From Octopus bimaculoides (Eukaryota): 51,531 nucleotides of DNA. Below the pieces are notes generated by a model, which did not search any database, was not told the DNA's origin, and saw only the letters and a list, made by a program, of their open reading frames with translations. Below, one piece after another: positions 37,032-49,990 of the stretch. Both the position numbers and the translations under genes were made by a program. The stretch lies in NCBI RefSeq assembly GCF_001194135.2, contig NC_068987.1, positions 63,134,460-63,185,990 on the forward strand, written 5' to 3'. Within the stretch, counting starts at the first letter, position 1. Each line of letters opens with the position of its first letter.

Positions 37032-37154
37032 ATATTTTTCGAAGGGGTTGAAAGTAGAGTTGCTGCTGGTGTGAAAATGGAGGAGGTCGGTTACCAGCTG
37101 GCCTTCAGCAAACAAGAACTAAGAAAAGTCATTAAGGAATACCCTGGCAAAGAG
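37032..37154 (+). CDS. EXOC1: EXOC1 exon ([41 protein letters not shown])
   Basis: ttttacag| acceptor and GAG|gtaaag donor; 123 nt, phase 0-0. Confidence 0.97.
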
Positions 37155-38179
37155 GTAAAGTTGACTGTTATTCTGTATTGGGTTGCTTTAGCACCAAGAA
37201 AATGGTTTAGTCCTTGAATCTTGGAATGATTAAACAAAATTTAAGACAAATTTCTGTGTCTCCTATTGCTAAAGCAGTGGTTTTGTTCCTGGACACTTAT
37301 TTGCTGACCCTCTAAACCCTAAAGGGATCTAGGGGCCAGTAAAGAACAAAGTGTTAAGGTCCCTTACTTAAGCAGCATTAGATGTTCACCTCTTTATAGA
37401 ATTCTGTTTCAGCACGTATTTTCTTGTCAACCATTCAGTCTATGACATCCTAAAAAGGCTATGGCTACTACCAGTCTCTTTTAACCCTTTTGTTACCATA
37501 TTTATTTTAAGATGTTCTGTGTTTCTTTCAGTTAATTTTAAATATAACAAAGAATTTAGTAAAATAACTTAGTTATCATTAAGCTAGTGTGACTAAAGTT
37601 TAGTAGAAGATTTTAATTCAAAACTTATGAAAACAAGACATTTGTACTACAGAGCCAGAGCTGGTTTCAGCCGGTTTGGTATCGAAAGGGTTAATGAATA
37701 TTAAATAGATACTGGTGTCACTTGATGTTTCAGTGTTTGAGTAAGTCAGGGGAGGATGAGCATTGCCCCAGACCTCATTTTGATGGACATTGGAGAACTC
37801 TTAGTTTATCTGTTGACTAGAAACTAAGTCCAAATGCTCACAACAGGATGGGCACTACTAAAGTCACTGAAAAGCCAGTTGGTGATGTTAAACTGGAGGA
37901 CAGAATAAGTTTAATACCCAAGTACAGTCCAGTCAATAGGCTTCCTCACGGTTTCCATCTATTGAATTTCAGTTATTTCAATTGGTCTGAATCTATTGTA
38001 GAAGACACCAGCCCTTGGTGCTGGGTAGTGGGATTGAACAAGAAATCATGTGATTGTGGAGCATACTCTTTAATTACGTTAATGACTATACCTGTAACTG
38101 TAGAAAATATTAAACACTTACTCCAATAATTCATATGTAAATGTTACAGATGCATTGGAATGTGTGAGTGGATAGAGTA

Positions 38180-38766
38180 CAGACATACTTCACCCTTTGT
38201 CATTAATTGGTTCCAGGAGACACGACTTAAGTCGAATTAACTTGTCTCTAGGCTAGAGTAGGCCGAATTTATTTGTCTCTAGGTTAAACCAATAATAACC
38301 GTTCCTAGTTCTGTACTTTGTTTATGGTTAATAATACATGGTTAATAAAAACCTATTTTAAGCTTACAAACAAATAAGTTTTATTTTTTAATAAAGTACA
38401 GTAAAAAAAAAAAGTAATCTAAAATTATTTAAAATTTACCAATACATACATACAATTTGGTGGTTTCGTGATTTCATGATTTTGCTCACTAAGCTACACT
38501 ACTTTATGGTGCATATCTTAACATTTACTGTATGTATTTTAATATGATTTTATATGCTTTTATTCTTATTTATTGTACAGTAACATGATAATATGTGCTT
38601 TTCACAGTTTTCTAGTGATTTTATAATTCCAATATTTGTGGTAGACAGATGTAAAGTTGAGTAAAATGACTTAACATGATTTCTATTTTTCCATATATTA
38701 TTTTTGAAAACTCCTGTATAATCAAGAATGACTTAAATTGAAACGACTTAAGCTGAGGTATGCCTG
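38180..38766. mobile_element. pogo/Tigger-like MITE with TA TSD
   Basis: TA|CAGACATACTTC and GAGGTATGCCTG|TA termini; inner gacttaag repeats at both ends. Confidence 0.7.
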
Positions 38767-39087
38767 TATTGAACTCCAGCTTTTTTTTTGTCAGAGTTAA
38801 AATTGAAGGTGCTTAATTCGACAAAATCACTTGATTTAAATGATAAGTATGTCTATAGTATCTTCTGGGAATGTTTGTGATATTCTGGCATTCTGTTGGG
38901 AAGTGAATTTTAAAGGCCCAGATGCAGGCTGACCCTTTGAAGAAATATTTGTTTCAATAAATGTCTTAAATGAGATTTGATATATAATTGTGTTAGTGAA
39001 TTGAAAAAGAGGAATTGTTTATTGTTTAGAATAGAATTATGGTCTATGACTTTATAATTCAATTTATACATCCATTTCTCTTCAAAG

Positions 39088-39159
39088 GTGAAGAAAGGTC
39101 TGGAACATTTATATCGCAAAGTTGAGAAACATTTGTGTGAAGAAGAGAATCTCTTTGAG
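39088..39159 (+). CDS. EXOC1: EXOC1 exon (VKKGLEHLYRKVEKHLCEEENLFE)
   Basis: ttctcttcaaag| acceptor and GAG|gtgagt donor; 72 nt, phase 0-0. Confidence 0.96.
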
Positions 39160-40011
39160 GTGAGTTTCAGTGCCTTCTATCTTTTCTGTTTTTATTACTG
39201 CTTAGTCATGAGGAAAGGGTGGTGTTCATTACCTTTTTCAAGAACTGCTGGCTGGGAGGGAGGAAGGTGTCCTCAACCTACAGACTTGGTTCCCAAATGC
39301 TTACGACAGAGTGCCTTTCCTAAAAGCTCTCAAGGACCAGTTGTCAGTGTTGAACCATATGATGAATTAAGGCTACTACAAAAGTAACTCCTCATATATC
39401 ACACCATATCATTTCAAGAGGTTACCTGAGGCAGGTTCATATTGTTTTGCCTCATATCAACTCTGATTAAGCAGATTTACAGTCAAAGGTGTTCTATTCA
39501 CAACCTTTCTGTCTTTTTATATGTCATGGTCTACACTGTTCAACACAACCCTCTTTATTTATATTGGTTGGATGTAATTTGAGTGAGATTTAACTGTTAT
39601 TTCTAACAGGTCAGACAATCATGTAGAGGCTCCCTCGTTGATGTGATAGTTACAAAGAAGTAATATATTAATGTTGCATAATGTTCAGCAAATAGTTAGC
39701 TGTGTGGAGTGTAGTATGACTCAGAACATGAATCTATTTAGCTCTCTAGTTTCTTTTTTGTATGGCTGAATGCTCTGGGAAAGTTTTCTTACTTGGTTTT
39801 TATTTTGGAGCCTGATTGCAACTCTCTATACTGAAGTGCTTATAAATCTAGCACAGGATTTGGTTATCATAGGTGCAGTTATTTTTGTGTGTGTCTCTTG
39901 CATATGTGTAGATCCGGTGAAGGAAAGAGTGTTTCAAAAATGATATTGGAGTGTCTTTCTAGTGTATTATTGTTGAGTCTATAATGTTTGTAGGTGTCTC
40001 AGAGAGAGAGA

Positions 40012-40053
<42 letters not shown>

Positions 40054-40400
40054 AAGGTGTTGAATTAGCAGATATTACAAGATATTTGCCTCTGTCTCCT
40101 GTCTTCAAATGCTAATGCTGCTATTGAATTTGCCTTCTGATCTTTCTTCAGAGTTATAAAATAAACATTAGCTATTTGCTTGGGTTGAGGACTGATCCAA
40201 TCAACTATATTTAACCTTTGCTACAGAATGTTAAAGGAAAAAAAATACCAGCTATATACTAGCAGAAGAGGCATTTACATTGAGTCAGTGACTCTGTCTG
40301 CAACTAAAATATCTTTTTTTCTGTCTCTGGAACAAGAAAGAAAGATAGGTACTGGAGTGTCGGACAAAATGCTTTGCAATATTTGGTGTGATTTAAGGTG

Positions 40401-40860
40401 GGGAGCTGGCAAAATTGTGAACATGCCAGGCAAAATACTTAGTGGCATTTTGTCCGTCTTTATGTTCTACGTTCAAATTCCGCTGAGGTTTACTTGCCTT
40501 TCATCCTTAAAAAATGCCACTAAACATTTTGTCCATACCAGTGACCTTTTTTCTGACTTTACTTTCTGAGTTTAGATGTCACCAGGGTTGACTTTGCATT
40601 TCATCCTTTTGGGGTCAATAGAATAAGTACCAGTTTAGCACTAGGGTTGATGTAATCAACTTAAGCCGGTCCCCCTAAGTTGCTGACCTTGTGCCAAAAT
40701 TTGAAACCAGTATTTAACATGGCTGTTTGTGCTTTGAATGTAAATTTTGCTAAGGTCAGCTTTACTTTCATCCTTTTGGTAGGGACCAATAAAATAAAAT
40801 AGCAGTGAAATGCTTTCTGTTTAATCCACTAACACTTCTCTCCTCAAAATTTCTGACCTC
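40401..40860 (+). mobile_element. Cluster of SINE A fragments
   Basis: Repeated head and core motifs. Confidence 0.7.
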
Positions 40861-40906
40861 CCTGTATTAACATGATGTATTTGTTTTCTTTTTTTTTTTC
40901 CTCCAG

Positions 40907-41059
40907 GTGGTTTGGCATACAATGCAAGATGAATTCATTCGAGCATACAAGCATTACGAAAACTTGATAAATAACTGTTACCCTGACTCTTTGATATCGC
41001 TTGAGTTCAGCATGGCTGATGTGCTCGAGTACTTTTCTAATATTGCTCGATTACATTGA
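40907..41059 (+). CDS. EXOC1: EXOC1 last coding exon ([50 protein letters not shown])
   Basis: poly-T ctccag| acceptor; ends in TGA at 41057-41059; matches the EXOC1 C-terminus. Confidence 0.97.
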   Translation: MVWHTMQDEFIRAYKHYENLINNCYPDSLISLEFSMADVLEYFSNIARLH

Positions 41060-41158
41060 TGCTCTTTAGTCATTTCCATAGCAAAAAAACAGATCTAAAA
41101 AAAGAAAACTAACAAAAAAAAAACATCTTCCCACCTTGAAAAACAAATAACTATATAT

Positions 41159-41164
41159 AATAAA
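41159..41164 (+). terminator. Candidate polyadenylation signal (AATAAA) for EXOC1
   Basis: AATAAA about 100 nt after the stop codon; the region is AT-rich, so a chance match is possible. Confidence 0.4.
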
Positions 41165-41361
41165 AATGTATTTATATATGATTATGGAAAAAAGATAAAT
41201 AGTTGTAAAATGATACATCATGTTGAAGTTGGTGGTAAGTGGCTGAGATAAAATGTGTTTATTGTCTCACAAATTGTCTATAATGTAATGTAATATATAT
41301 TCAGCATATTTATTCTGATTTAGAAAACTGCAGTATACATATATATATATATATATATATA

Positions 41362-41497
41362 NNNNNNNNNNNNNNNNNNNNNNNNNNNNNNNNNNNNNNN
41401 NNNNNNNNNNNNNNNNNNNNNNNNNNNNNNNNNNNNNNNNNNNNNNNNNNNNNNNNNNNNNNNNNNNNNNNNNNNNNNNNNNNNNNNNNNNNNNNNN
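41362..41497. other. Assembly gap (other N runs: 1759-1768, 4411-4420, 45911-45920, 46590-46599, 49037-49136)
   Basis: N characters, mostly inside microsatellites. Confidence 0.99.
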
Positions 41498-41564
41498 ATA
41501 TATAAATAATTTTGTATGTATGTGTATATAAAATTTTGTGTGTATGTATATATATATGTATACA

Positions 41565-41640
41565 CAGGATGGCCATAAGTTGCTTTACCCAGTTCTTTAT
41601 TATTATTAGAAATGGGTAAAGCAACTTATGGCCATCCCTG
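41565..41640. mobile_element. Micro-MITE: about 27-bp Tc1/mariner-like TIRs with about 21-bp spacer
   Basis: caggatggccataagttgctttaccca ... tgggtaaagcaacttatggccatccctg|ta. Confidence 0.8.
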
Positions 41641-42015
41641 TATACACACACACACACATATACCATAACAACTATTTTGGAGCACTTTGGAATACATTAT
41701 GTAGCCAAGCCTCTTTCTACATTACTTCTACTACTACAGCTGCTGCTGCTACTACTACTACTACTACTACTACTACAGTTTTGCAGAAGCCTTAGGTTTA
41801 GAAATTATCATCATCATCATCATCATCATTTAACGTCTGCCTTCCATGCTAGCATGGGTTGGACGATTTGACTGAGGACTGGCGAACCAGAAATCTGCAC
41901 CAGGCTCCAATCTGATAGAATCATGTTCTATTAAACACTTGTCTTTATACATGTATATATGTGAGTATGTATCTCATACATACTAATACATATTCATGCA
42001 ATGTGTGTGAATGTA

Positions 42016-42050
<35 letters not shown>

Positions 42051-42699
42051 ATGTTTGGATTTACAAATGGCTGAAAATATGTACTTGGTACTTGTAGAAC
42101 TTATTTATTTCAAGATAAGGTTTCCTGCTTGTCACTACTCTGAGTTTCTCCTTTCCATTTTATCACAGTGATTGGAATGTGTATTTATACATGTGATATT
42201 AGTTAACTGCTGTTATCTAGTATCTGGTTTTCTAATCCCCTGTAAGATCAGCTGAAATGGATCTAAATTGCTATTTGCTTTGATTAATTACTCACTCCAT
42301 TGACAAATATACAAGCGGATATTTTTCCTGACTTTATGGATTCTTAAATGACTTATAACATCATTCTTTAACATCCATTTTCCATGCTGCCATGGGCAGG
42401 ATGGTTTGACCAGAGCTGGTAGTTACAGTGGCACTATGTTCTAGTCTGATTTGATTTCGTTTCTACACCTGGATGCCCTTCCTAATGCCAACCATTTTAC
42501 TGAGTGTGCTGAGTGCTTTTAACATGGCACTGGCATGAAAGCTTTTATGTAGTGCCAGCACAAGTTCTTTTCACATGGAACCAGCATGAATGCTTTTTAT
42601 GTGGCATTGGCACGAGCCTCTTGCAGGCCAATCCTCTTCATCAGGGGGAGTGGCCTTAACACTGCTGCTGTAGGGTTTCCTTGAGTACAGCAAGGCGCC

Positions 42700-43170
42700 A
42701 TGTATCTCAGTCTTTTGTCGTCTAATATTTATATATGTATAAATAATACAAAATGGGACAAGAACGCAAAACATCCAGACAGTTAGGTGATACAAGAAAG
42801 GGACAACAAAACATCCAGATAGACGATACAAAGAAAACAAGGACAGGTCATTCAGAGTTTTCTTTCATCAGTTGAGATCAAGATTATCTTTGCAATTTCA
42901 GCTGGTTATTCTCGATATTGCTCCAATCTGGCCAGCCCCAAGGAAAAACTAAGCTAAGAGCATTAAATTCCTTGGAAGAAAGCAGCGAATATGTGTTCAT
43001 ATTGCAAATCCTTTACTCTCAGTTTTTGTAAATTTTTGAAGACCAAAGCCTCAAAAATTTCCAAACTTTGTAAAATATCAGAATATTTTTCTGTTATTTT
43101 GCTTTGGCAACAAAGCATTGACACGGAGAAAGTATATGATTCTCCACATGGCTGTGTCAACACTAGGTTA
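42700..43170 (-). mobile_element. Penelope-like 3' region/pLTR (a short homologous piece lies at about 28300-28345)
   Basis: gttttctttc(a/c)tcagt(t/c)gag...agattatctttg(c/t)aatttc is shared by two loci; family assignment is inference. Confidence 0.4.
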
Positions 43171-43362
43171 AGCAGTAAGCTATTATGTATACATTATAGT
43201 AGTAGTGTTGTTATTTAACCATTTGACCGTATGTCAGCTCTGAATAAGTTGGCCTTTGACCAAATGCATTCCAGCCTTGACCACCTACTGTTATTCTATA
43301 TCTAGAATTACATTGTCCAATGTCTCTTTTTATTTTTGAAGCTGCTGCAACAGGGTCTAAAG

Positions 43363-43710
43363 TAGTGGTTTGCAGCTGGGGACCACATGGCCCCTGAAGG
43401 TCTATATAAGAATTTTTTGGTGGGTCTATGCAACAAAATAATAAATTGGGGATCCACAATAATATTTTAAGGGCCCCTGAAAAAATTTTGCTTTAGATGT
43501 ATGCATTGGTATGTATTGCAAGAAACAGCTAGTTTTTTTTCTCTCTAACATTTTACTTAGTGCAACCTACACAAGTGTGAAAAATAAATTAGGAATTTTG
43601 AAAGAAGTTTCTATAAGACTAGTTTTTAAACATTAAATGGCAGTGGGAGTCCACCAGAATAAAATAGTAATCAAAGGGGTGCATAGATGAAAAATGGTTG
43701 AGAACCCCTG
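43363..43710. mobile_element. hAT-type non-autonomous element (same family as 17930)
   Basis: Shared internal sequence; flanks gtctaaag / gtctagac. Confidence 0.8.
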
Positions 43711-45648
43711 GTCTAGACGATAATTGGCTGTTATTTTCAGCAGGCTGGTTGACTACATACAGGCTTTGTTTTTGACATATGTATATATTTATGAATGATA
43801 TCTTCTCTTTCTTCTACTCCTCTCTCTCTCTCCCATTTTGTTCTAAGTTCATAGTTCACTGGATTGTGGGGTGTCTTTGCCTTCTGTCCTCCTTGGGCTG
43901 ATAAAATGGAATGCCAGTCCATTGCAGGGGTTTCTCATTTACAGCTTAGTCAACTGAATCAGTGTAGAATGAAGTGTTTTATTCAAGAACACAACATAGT
44001 GCCTAGTCTAGGAATTGAAACTGTGATCATGAGTACAACACCCTTACAACTAGGTCATGCACCTTCAGTGTATACACCCATCTATACACACACACATGTA
44101 TGTATGTGTGAAAACAGGTTCAGCCATGGGCCCTTCAGTAAGTGTGGGGAGCTTTTCCTAAATGAATATTTGCTGGGGGTTTTTTATGTTGTTATTCAAC
44201 ATTTTACTTTTGAGTGGGTGAGGGGATGGAGTTTTGTGTGTGTGTGTGTGTGTGTGTAAATGCTAGTATAGATTTGTTTACTTTTTTGTTAAGTGTTTGT
44301 TTTTGTTTCCACTGTATATCTTATTCTGTCGTTGATGTTGTAGACAATGACGATGTTGATGATGCTCTATATTAAACCATTCAAAACATCCCCAGACTAG
44401 CCGTCTGTCTGTTTGTCTGTGTCTGTCCGTTTGTCTGTGTCTGTCTGTTTGTCTGTGTCTGTCTGCTAGCCTCTCAGTTCATGACACTTTGATTGGTCAT
44501 TTTTCCATGTTTGTTGCAATCAGGTGGTTGATTCTCTTCTGAGAGGCAGCTTTTCAAGAAAAAAAGTAACAATAAAGAATAAAAAATGAAAAGCAAACAT
44601 GTATATGTGTTTGTGTATGCAAGCATGTGTGTATATAATATATATATATGTGTGTGTATGTGTGTGTGTTATTGATGCTGATAAATTCACTATAAGCTGG
44701 ATGTTCTTTTAGTCTTTTGTTTTTTCTCTCCCTTCTTCTCCCATTTCTTCCCCACCTTTTGAACTTTGCTGGGTCCAGATATATTAAATCTTTAAGTATT
44801 TGTAGTGGTGAAGATAGGTGTTAGGACTTTGAGTCACATTGCTAAAAATGACGGAAGTTTGACACAAAGGATATATCTGACAGATCTGACTAACCCGTCG
44901 CAGTCCAATTCAGCTCAGTCCATGCCAGCATGATTAAAGTTGGTGTTAATATGTTGTTGATGTTGGTAATGGTGATATGAAGGTTGTTAAATATGTATAT
45001 ATATGAATGATATCTTCTCTTTCTTCTACTCCTCTCTCTCTCTCTCTCTCTCAGTTCATAGTTCACTGGATTGTTGGGTGTCTTTGCCTTCTGTCCTCCC
45101 CTGGCTTATAAAATTGGATGCCAGTCCATCGCAAGGGTTAAAATTAAAATTGAGGAAATGAAATTGTGATAACCTGATGTGATTTGATGCTGGTGGTAAT
45201 GGTTATAAGTCTTGGACTCTGAATTAGAAAAACAAATTTTTCTACTCTATGGTTGAAAACTGTGCAGTCATATGGTGCCAAGTTTGATTCCACTGCATGG
45301 AAACTTGAGCAAGTACATCTTCTCTCATAGCCTTGGGTCTACCAAAGCCATGTGAGTAAAATTTGGCCGATGAAAACTGCAGGAGCCTGCTGTATAGACA
45401 CACATACACACACACACACACACGCGCACAATGAAAAATAGGCGTGTTGAACAAAAATGTTTTGGTGTTTGGTTTCATCTCAGTTACCGTCCTTTATGCT
45501 TGGTTGATTTTGTTTGTCTTCCTTGATAAGATGAAATAAGTACCATGTACTGGTGCCAGTCAACATAATCAGTGAAAGTCTTCAAAGATAATGTTCCAGT
45601 CAGCATGATCACAGTCCAGTTACTGATCCCAGTCATTAATATATATGC

Positions 45649-45695
<47 letters not shown>

Positions 45696-45702
45696 TATAG
45701 GT

Positions 45703-45864
45703 ATAGGTGTGACTGTGGGGTAAGAAGCTTGCTTCCCAACCACATGGTTTCGGGTTTAGTTCCATTGTGTGTCGCCTTGGGCAAGTGTTTTCTACTATAG
45801 CCTTGGGCCAACCAATGCATTGTGAGTGGATTTGATGGATGGAAACTGAAAGAAGCCCAATGTG

Positions 45865-45910
<46 letters not shown>

Positions 45911-45920
45911 NNNNNNNNNN

Positions 45921-45962
<42 letters not shown>

Positions 45963-46193
45963 TATGTGTGTGTGTTTTTATGTCTGTGTATGTGCCCCAC
46001 TGCTGCTTGATAACTGCTGTTGGTGTGTTTGCATCCCCGTAACTTAGCGGTTTGGTAAAAGGTACCAATAGAATAAGTGCCAGGCTTAAAAAAACAAAAA
46101 TAAATTCAGGGGTCGATTCATTTGACTGAAAATTCAAAGCAGTACCCCAGCATGGCCTCAGTCTGATAACTGAAACAAGTAAAAGATAAAAGA
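45703..46193 (+). mobile_element. SINE B, near full length, with internal (TA)n expansion and assembly gap
   Basis: Head, gggcaagtg...tactatagcc core and gaaacaagtaaaagataaaaga tail. Confidence 0.8.
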
Positions 46194-46666
46194 TATATAT
46201 ATATATATATATATATTTACACACATATACACATATGCAAACACACACAAACATCTCGAAAGTAAATATACAACATAATTTTTGAATTCTAGAAACAAAA
46301 GAATATCATTTGATGCATTTAAATACTCAGTCTAGTATTTTGTAGACATGCTTTTTGTATAGTTTGTAATGATTTAATCCATTTGGGTATTATACTAATG
46401 AAGAAAATATCTCTACAGGTAATGCAGTATAATTGGTGGTGTCTATTTACTTTTGGAACGTCTCTCCATGTGTATGTGTGTGCGTGCGTGTGTGTGTGTG
46501 TGCGTGCGTGTGTGTGTGTGTGCGTGCGTGTGTGTGTGTGCGTGTATATATATACATACACACACTATATATATATATATATATATATANNNNNNNNNNA
46601 GTAATGTATTTATGGCACATGGTTTTAGGCCAATTTGCATGCTCTAAGATTGAAGCTGTACTTATT

Positions 46667-46708
<42 letters not shown>

Positions 46709-47333
46709 TTCACCCCAATAATGTATTTATGGCATTTGAATTTTGGTTAGTTTACATGCTAAACAATTGAAGTTGCACTTGTTATTGTTACAAATACACT
46801 TCTTTAACTGGAACTGTTAAGAATTGAAACCCTTCTTAGTTTGTATTATGGAATTAAATTAAAAAATGACAACAACTATAATAATAATCACATTATATAA
46901 TCATTTACATAAACATACTTACTCTATTATATATTCCTGTACACGTTTTTCATATATATATTCAATTATTTATATATTTATATACTCAACTATTCATATA
47001 CTTATATATTTATCTATTGCACTTTGCATGATAAACATTAAGAAAAAGATTTAACATAAAATAAAAATATATAAAGTTTTATAAATACACTGATATATTA
47101 TCCCTATTGCTGGTGTACAGATCCTAGAATGGCCATGTCTCATTCTGCCATTCTAAACTTTTAGTTGACAAACCTGTATCCCTTGTACAGGTTTATTTTT
47201 TAAAATTTATATTTAAAAAAAAAATATCTGACATAAACTTTTCAAACTATAAAAAATCTATTTGTTTGTGAGTCAATTTGTATGTCGGACTGTCAATCTA
47301 TCGATCAATCTACCTTCCATTGTTTTTCTTCGT

Positions 47334-47530
47334 TACATTACAACTATTAGTTTTGCCATAACATGGTTCTTCAGGCAGTGAGGGATAAGATTTATGACCC
47401 TATTTTGAAATACTGATTCTTAAAAAAAACTATCATTCTTTTTAAGAATCTGAATATGAACGTGGGTTAATAAATCTTACTCTGCATACATGGTGTGTCA
47501 TTTAATGGCAAAATTAATAGTTGTAATGTA
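47334..47530. mobile_element. MITE with 26-bp TIRs
   Basis: tacattacaactattagttttgccat / atggcaaaattaatagttgtaatgta (1 mismatch); internal hairpin gattcttaaaaa...tttttaagaatc. Confidence 0.7.
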
Positions 47531-47873
47531 GGGCAGAATACAATGAAGAGAGAGATATCTATTTCTTTGTCTGTTCTTTGTCTGTTTAACTAAATGTTTG
47601 TCTATCTCTATTCTCGAATTTTTAAATAGTTATATTTGCTGAAAATTATCACACATACACACAAACACACAGATATATATACACTCACATACTATTTGTA
47701 TTTAATCAAAAGACTGGCACCGTTTTACTGGAAAGGGAGAATAAAGGAAATAATGCATGAGTGTGTGTGTGTGTTTCTGTTTAATATTCTTATCTCACCA
47801 CAATTGGTTATGTGCATATATATCTACATATAAATTAATATAAACAGCCATTCGAAATGTGATACCATAAAGG

Positions 47874-47955
47874 AAAACTATAATCATCACTAAACGTGAC
47901 TAGCAATGTAGATGTCTGGACACCCTTAGTTGCGTTTAGTGACGATTATAGTTTT
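47874..47955. repeat. 82-bp hairpin (29-bp arms)
   Basis: aaaactataatcatcactaaacgtgacta / tagttgcgtttagtgacgattatagtttt. Confidence 0.85.
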
Positions 47956-48332
47956 ATATACATGTATATGTAATTGTCAGTAAAATATTGGAGGATTAAT
48001 TGAATCAACTATTCCCCCTCGTCTCCCTGCTCCTGTGATAAACCAATAATGATGATCAAGTCTGACCACAGCAAAAGTAATAATATGTATTTTTAAGTTA
48101 CAATATCAGATCAGATCTTTTGCAAACAAGAAAACAAAACATACACACACACACACACACATGAGCGCCTGCACATTTAAACAGGCACGCAAACACATGC
48201 TGAAGTACACATTGCTTCATTACCTATGGTAGTTGTATCACTGGTTACATGGTAGTGCTGCCTAGTTTGAGCTATATGCTTGTGCCAAGCTAGCCAAATG
48301 GTTTGTTAGATTGTTTCTTAAATATACTATTG

Positions 48333-48363
<31 letters not shown>

Positions 48364-48999
48364 ATAAATGTGTATGTTCTGACAGAATCGCATATCATGT
48401 TTATGATTGTTTATTGAATTTAGTGATGAATCTTCTTCAGTTCTGGATCCTTATATAATGACTATAAACCACAGTCCTTGACGTACAAGACATACACCTA
48501 TACAAACATACATACATACATACAGACATACATACGCTGTTTCGTTTCCAACTGTATATCACTGAACACATAAGTTGTTAGTTGAAGCTTTAAGTATGCT
48601 CATGTATATGTATATTTAAGCTATAGGCATGCTCAAAAACATATACACACACATATGTATCCTCTAATAAAGTGCAGAATGTTTGTATTTGTAATTCAAA
48701 ATTAAATATGTTTTTGTTTGTTTCCTTTACAGAAGTTCTGTTTCTGTTACCAAAATTAGAAAAAAATTCCTTTCTTTCTAGTTCCCATTGTTCTTTTTAT
48801 TGTTTTTGTTTTAGCAATCCGTGTTTATATATTATTTATAATGAACTGTTTTATGTTTTTCTCCATGGTGAAAATTTGACTGAATGTTGAGAGCTTGGCT
48901 TCGTGTGTGTTGTTGTAAATGCATACAAGTACAAGTGTGTGTGTATATATATCTATACACACGTGTTTGTGAATACATGTGTATGTCTTTCTCTGTCTC

Positions 49000-49036
<37 letters not shown>

Positions 49037-49138
49037 NNNNNNNNNNNNNNNNNNNNNNNNNNNNNNNNNNNNNNNNNNNNNNNNNNNNNNNNNNNNNNNN
49101 NNNNNNNNNNNNNNNNNNNNNNNNNNNNNNNNNNNNTG

Positions 49139-49174
<36 letters not shown>

Positions 49175-49789
49175 TATGTATGAATGAGTGTGCATGTCTT
49201 CCTGTATATCTCTGTTTTAATTCTACCCTAAGTGCATGCATATATTTGCATACTTTTTTTTCTACCTTGGGATAGAATTTTCTATAGCCATCAACATAAA
49301 CTTTCTCACTCATAATGCCTGTATGTTCTGAAAATGTAACTTTCCCAAAATAAAGTGCACTTCATATTCAAGGCTCTGATGAAGCTATAGGATGTTGTCC
49401 TGGTACTCAACTAAGAGTCAACCACATCGTATAGCAGAAACAGCTGTAAGCTAATGAAATTCATTATAACGTTTGGTTTTTCTAGTGTTATCTCTATATT
49501 TTCTATTACCACTCTATACTCATATAACATTTTGTTCTGGATCATACGTATATTGGGCTCTACACTAAGCTATTAGTCTCGCTATGCCTAAGCAAAACAT
49601 AGAAGGCTTGATGTATGTTATTACATAGATACATTTAAAAAATTACTCCGTACGAAAAGTGATAAAATATTTAAATGAAGCATATACTTCACTTTTGGTA
49701 CACTGAGTTTCAGCTTTTGGATCTTCAGAAAATCCTCTGTGTGACTTTATATAATATCAAATGATACAATAGAATATAGTAATAATAAT

Positions 49790-49990
49790 AATGATGATTA
49801 TAATAGTCCTTTCTATTATAGGCACAAGGCTTGAAGTTTTGGGGGAGAGGACTAGTTGATTACATGGAACCCCTCCCTCCCATAATATCACTGGTACTTA
49901 ATTTATTGACCCTGAAAGGATGAAAAGCAAAGTCAACCTCTGCTAAACATTTCACCTGGTGTACTAACGATTCTGCCAGCTTGCCACCTT
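49790..49990 (-). mobile_element. SINE A
   Basis: Reverse complement of the head and core motif. Confidence 0.7.

Larger units (their letters stand above)
2080..41059 (+). other. EXOC1: EXOC1/Sec3 gene, 3' portion (15 coding exons; 5' exons lie upstream of the window)
   Basis: Fifteen AG/GT-bounded exons join with consistent phases (0,1,0,0,2,2,2,0,0,1,1,0,0,0) into 504 codons ending in TGA. The translation matches recalled metazoan EXOC1 motifs such as VLSELEPxCLAEQ, KRNFD, FFEGVE, [26 protein letters not shown], KHLCEEENL and VVWHxMQDEFIR. Confidence 0.97.

Noticed and set aside
42845-42880. Minus-strand CTGATGA-AAGAAAACTCT-GAAT hammerhead-like motif (similar at about 28300-28330)
   Set aside because: It has GAAT rather than GAAA, and I could not build a stem III or NUH with stem I pairing.
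45484-46254. 256-aa minus-strand ORF (also the 223-aa ORF at 50089-50760 and most track ORFs)
   Set aside because: They run through (TA)n/(CA)n tracts, N gaps and SINEs, and translate to YIYI/HTHT low-complexity sequence.
49384-49443. In-frame TGA giving RCG-U (selenoprotein-like CxU) if the 49443 acceptor is used
   Set aside because: Only ten codons follow before TAG, there is no resemblance to SELENOF/M/W context, and I recognised no SECIS.
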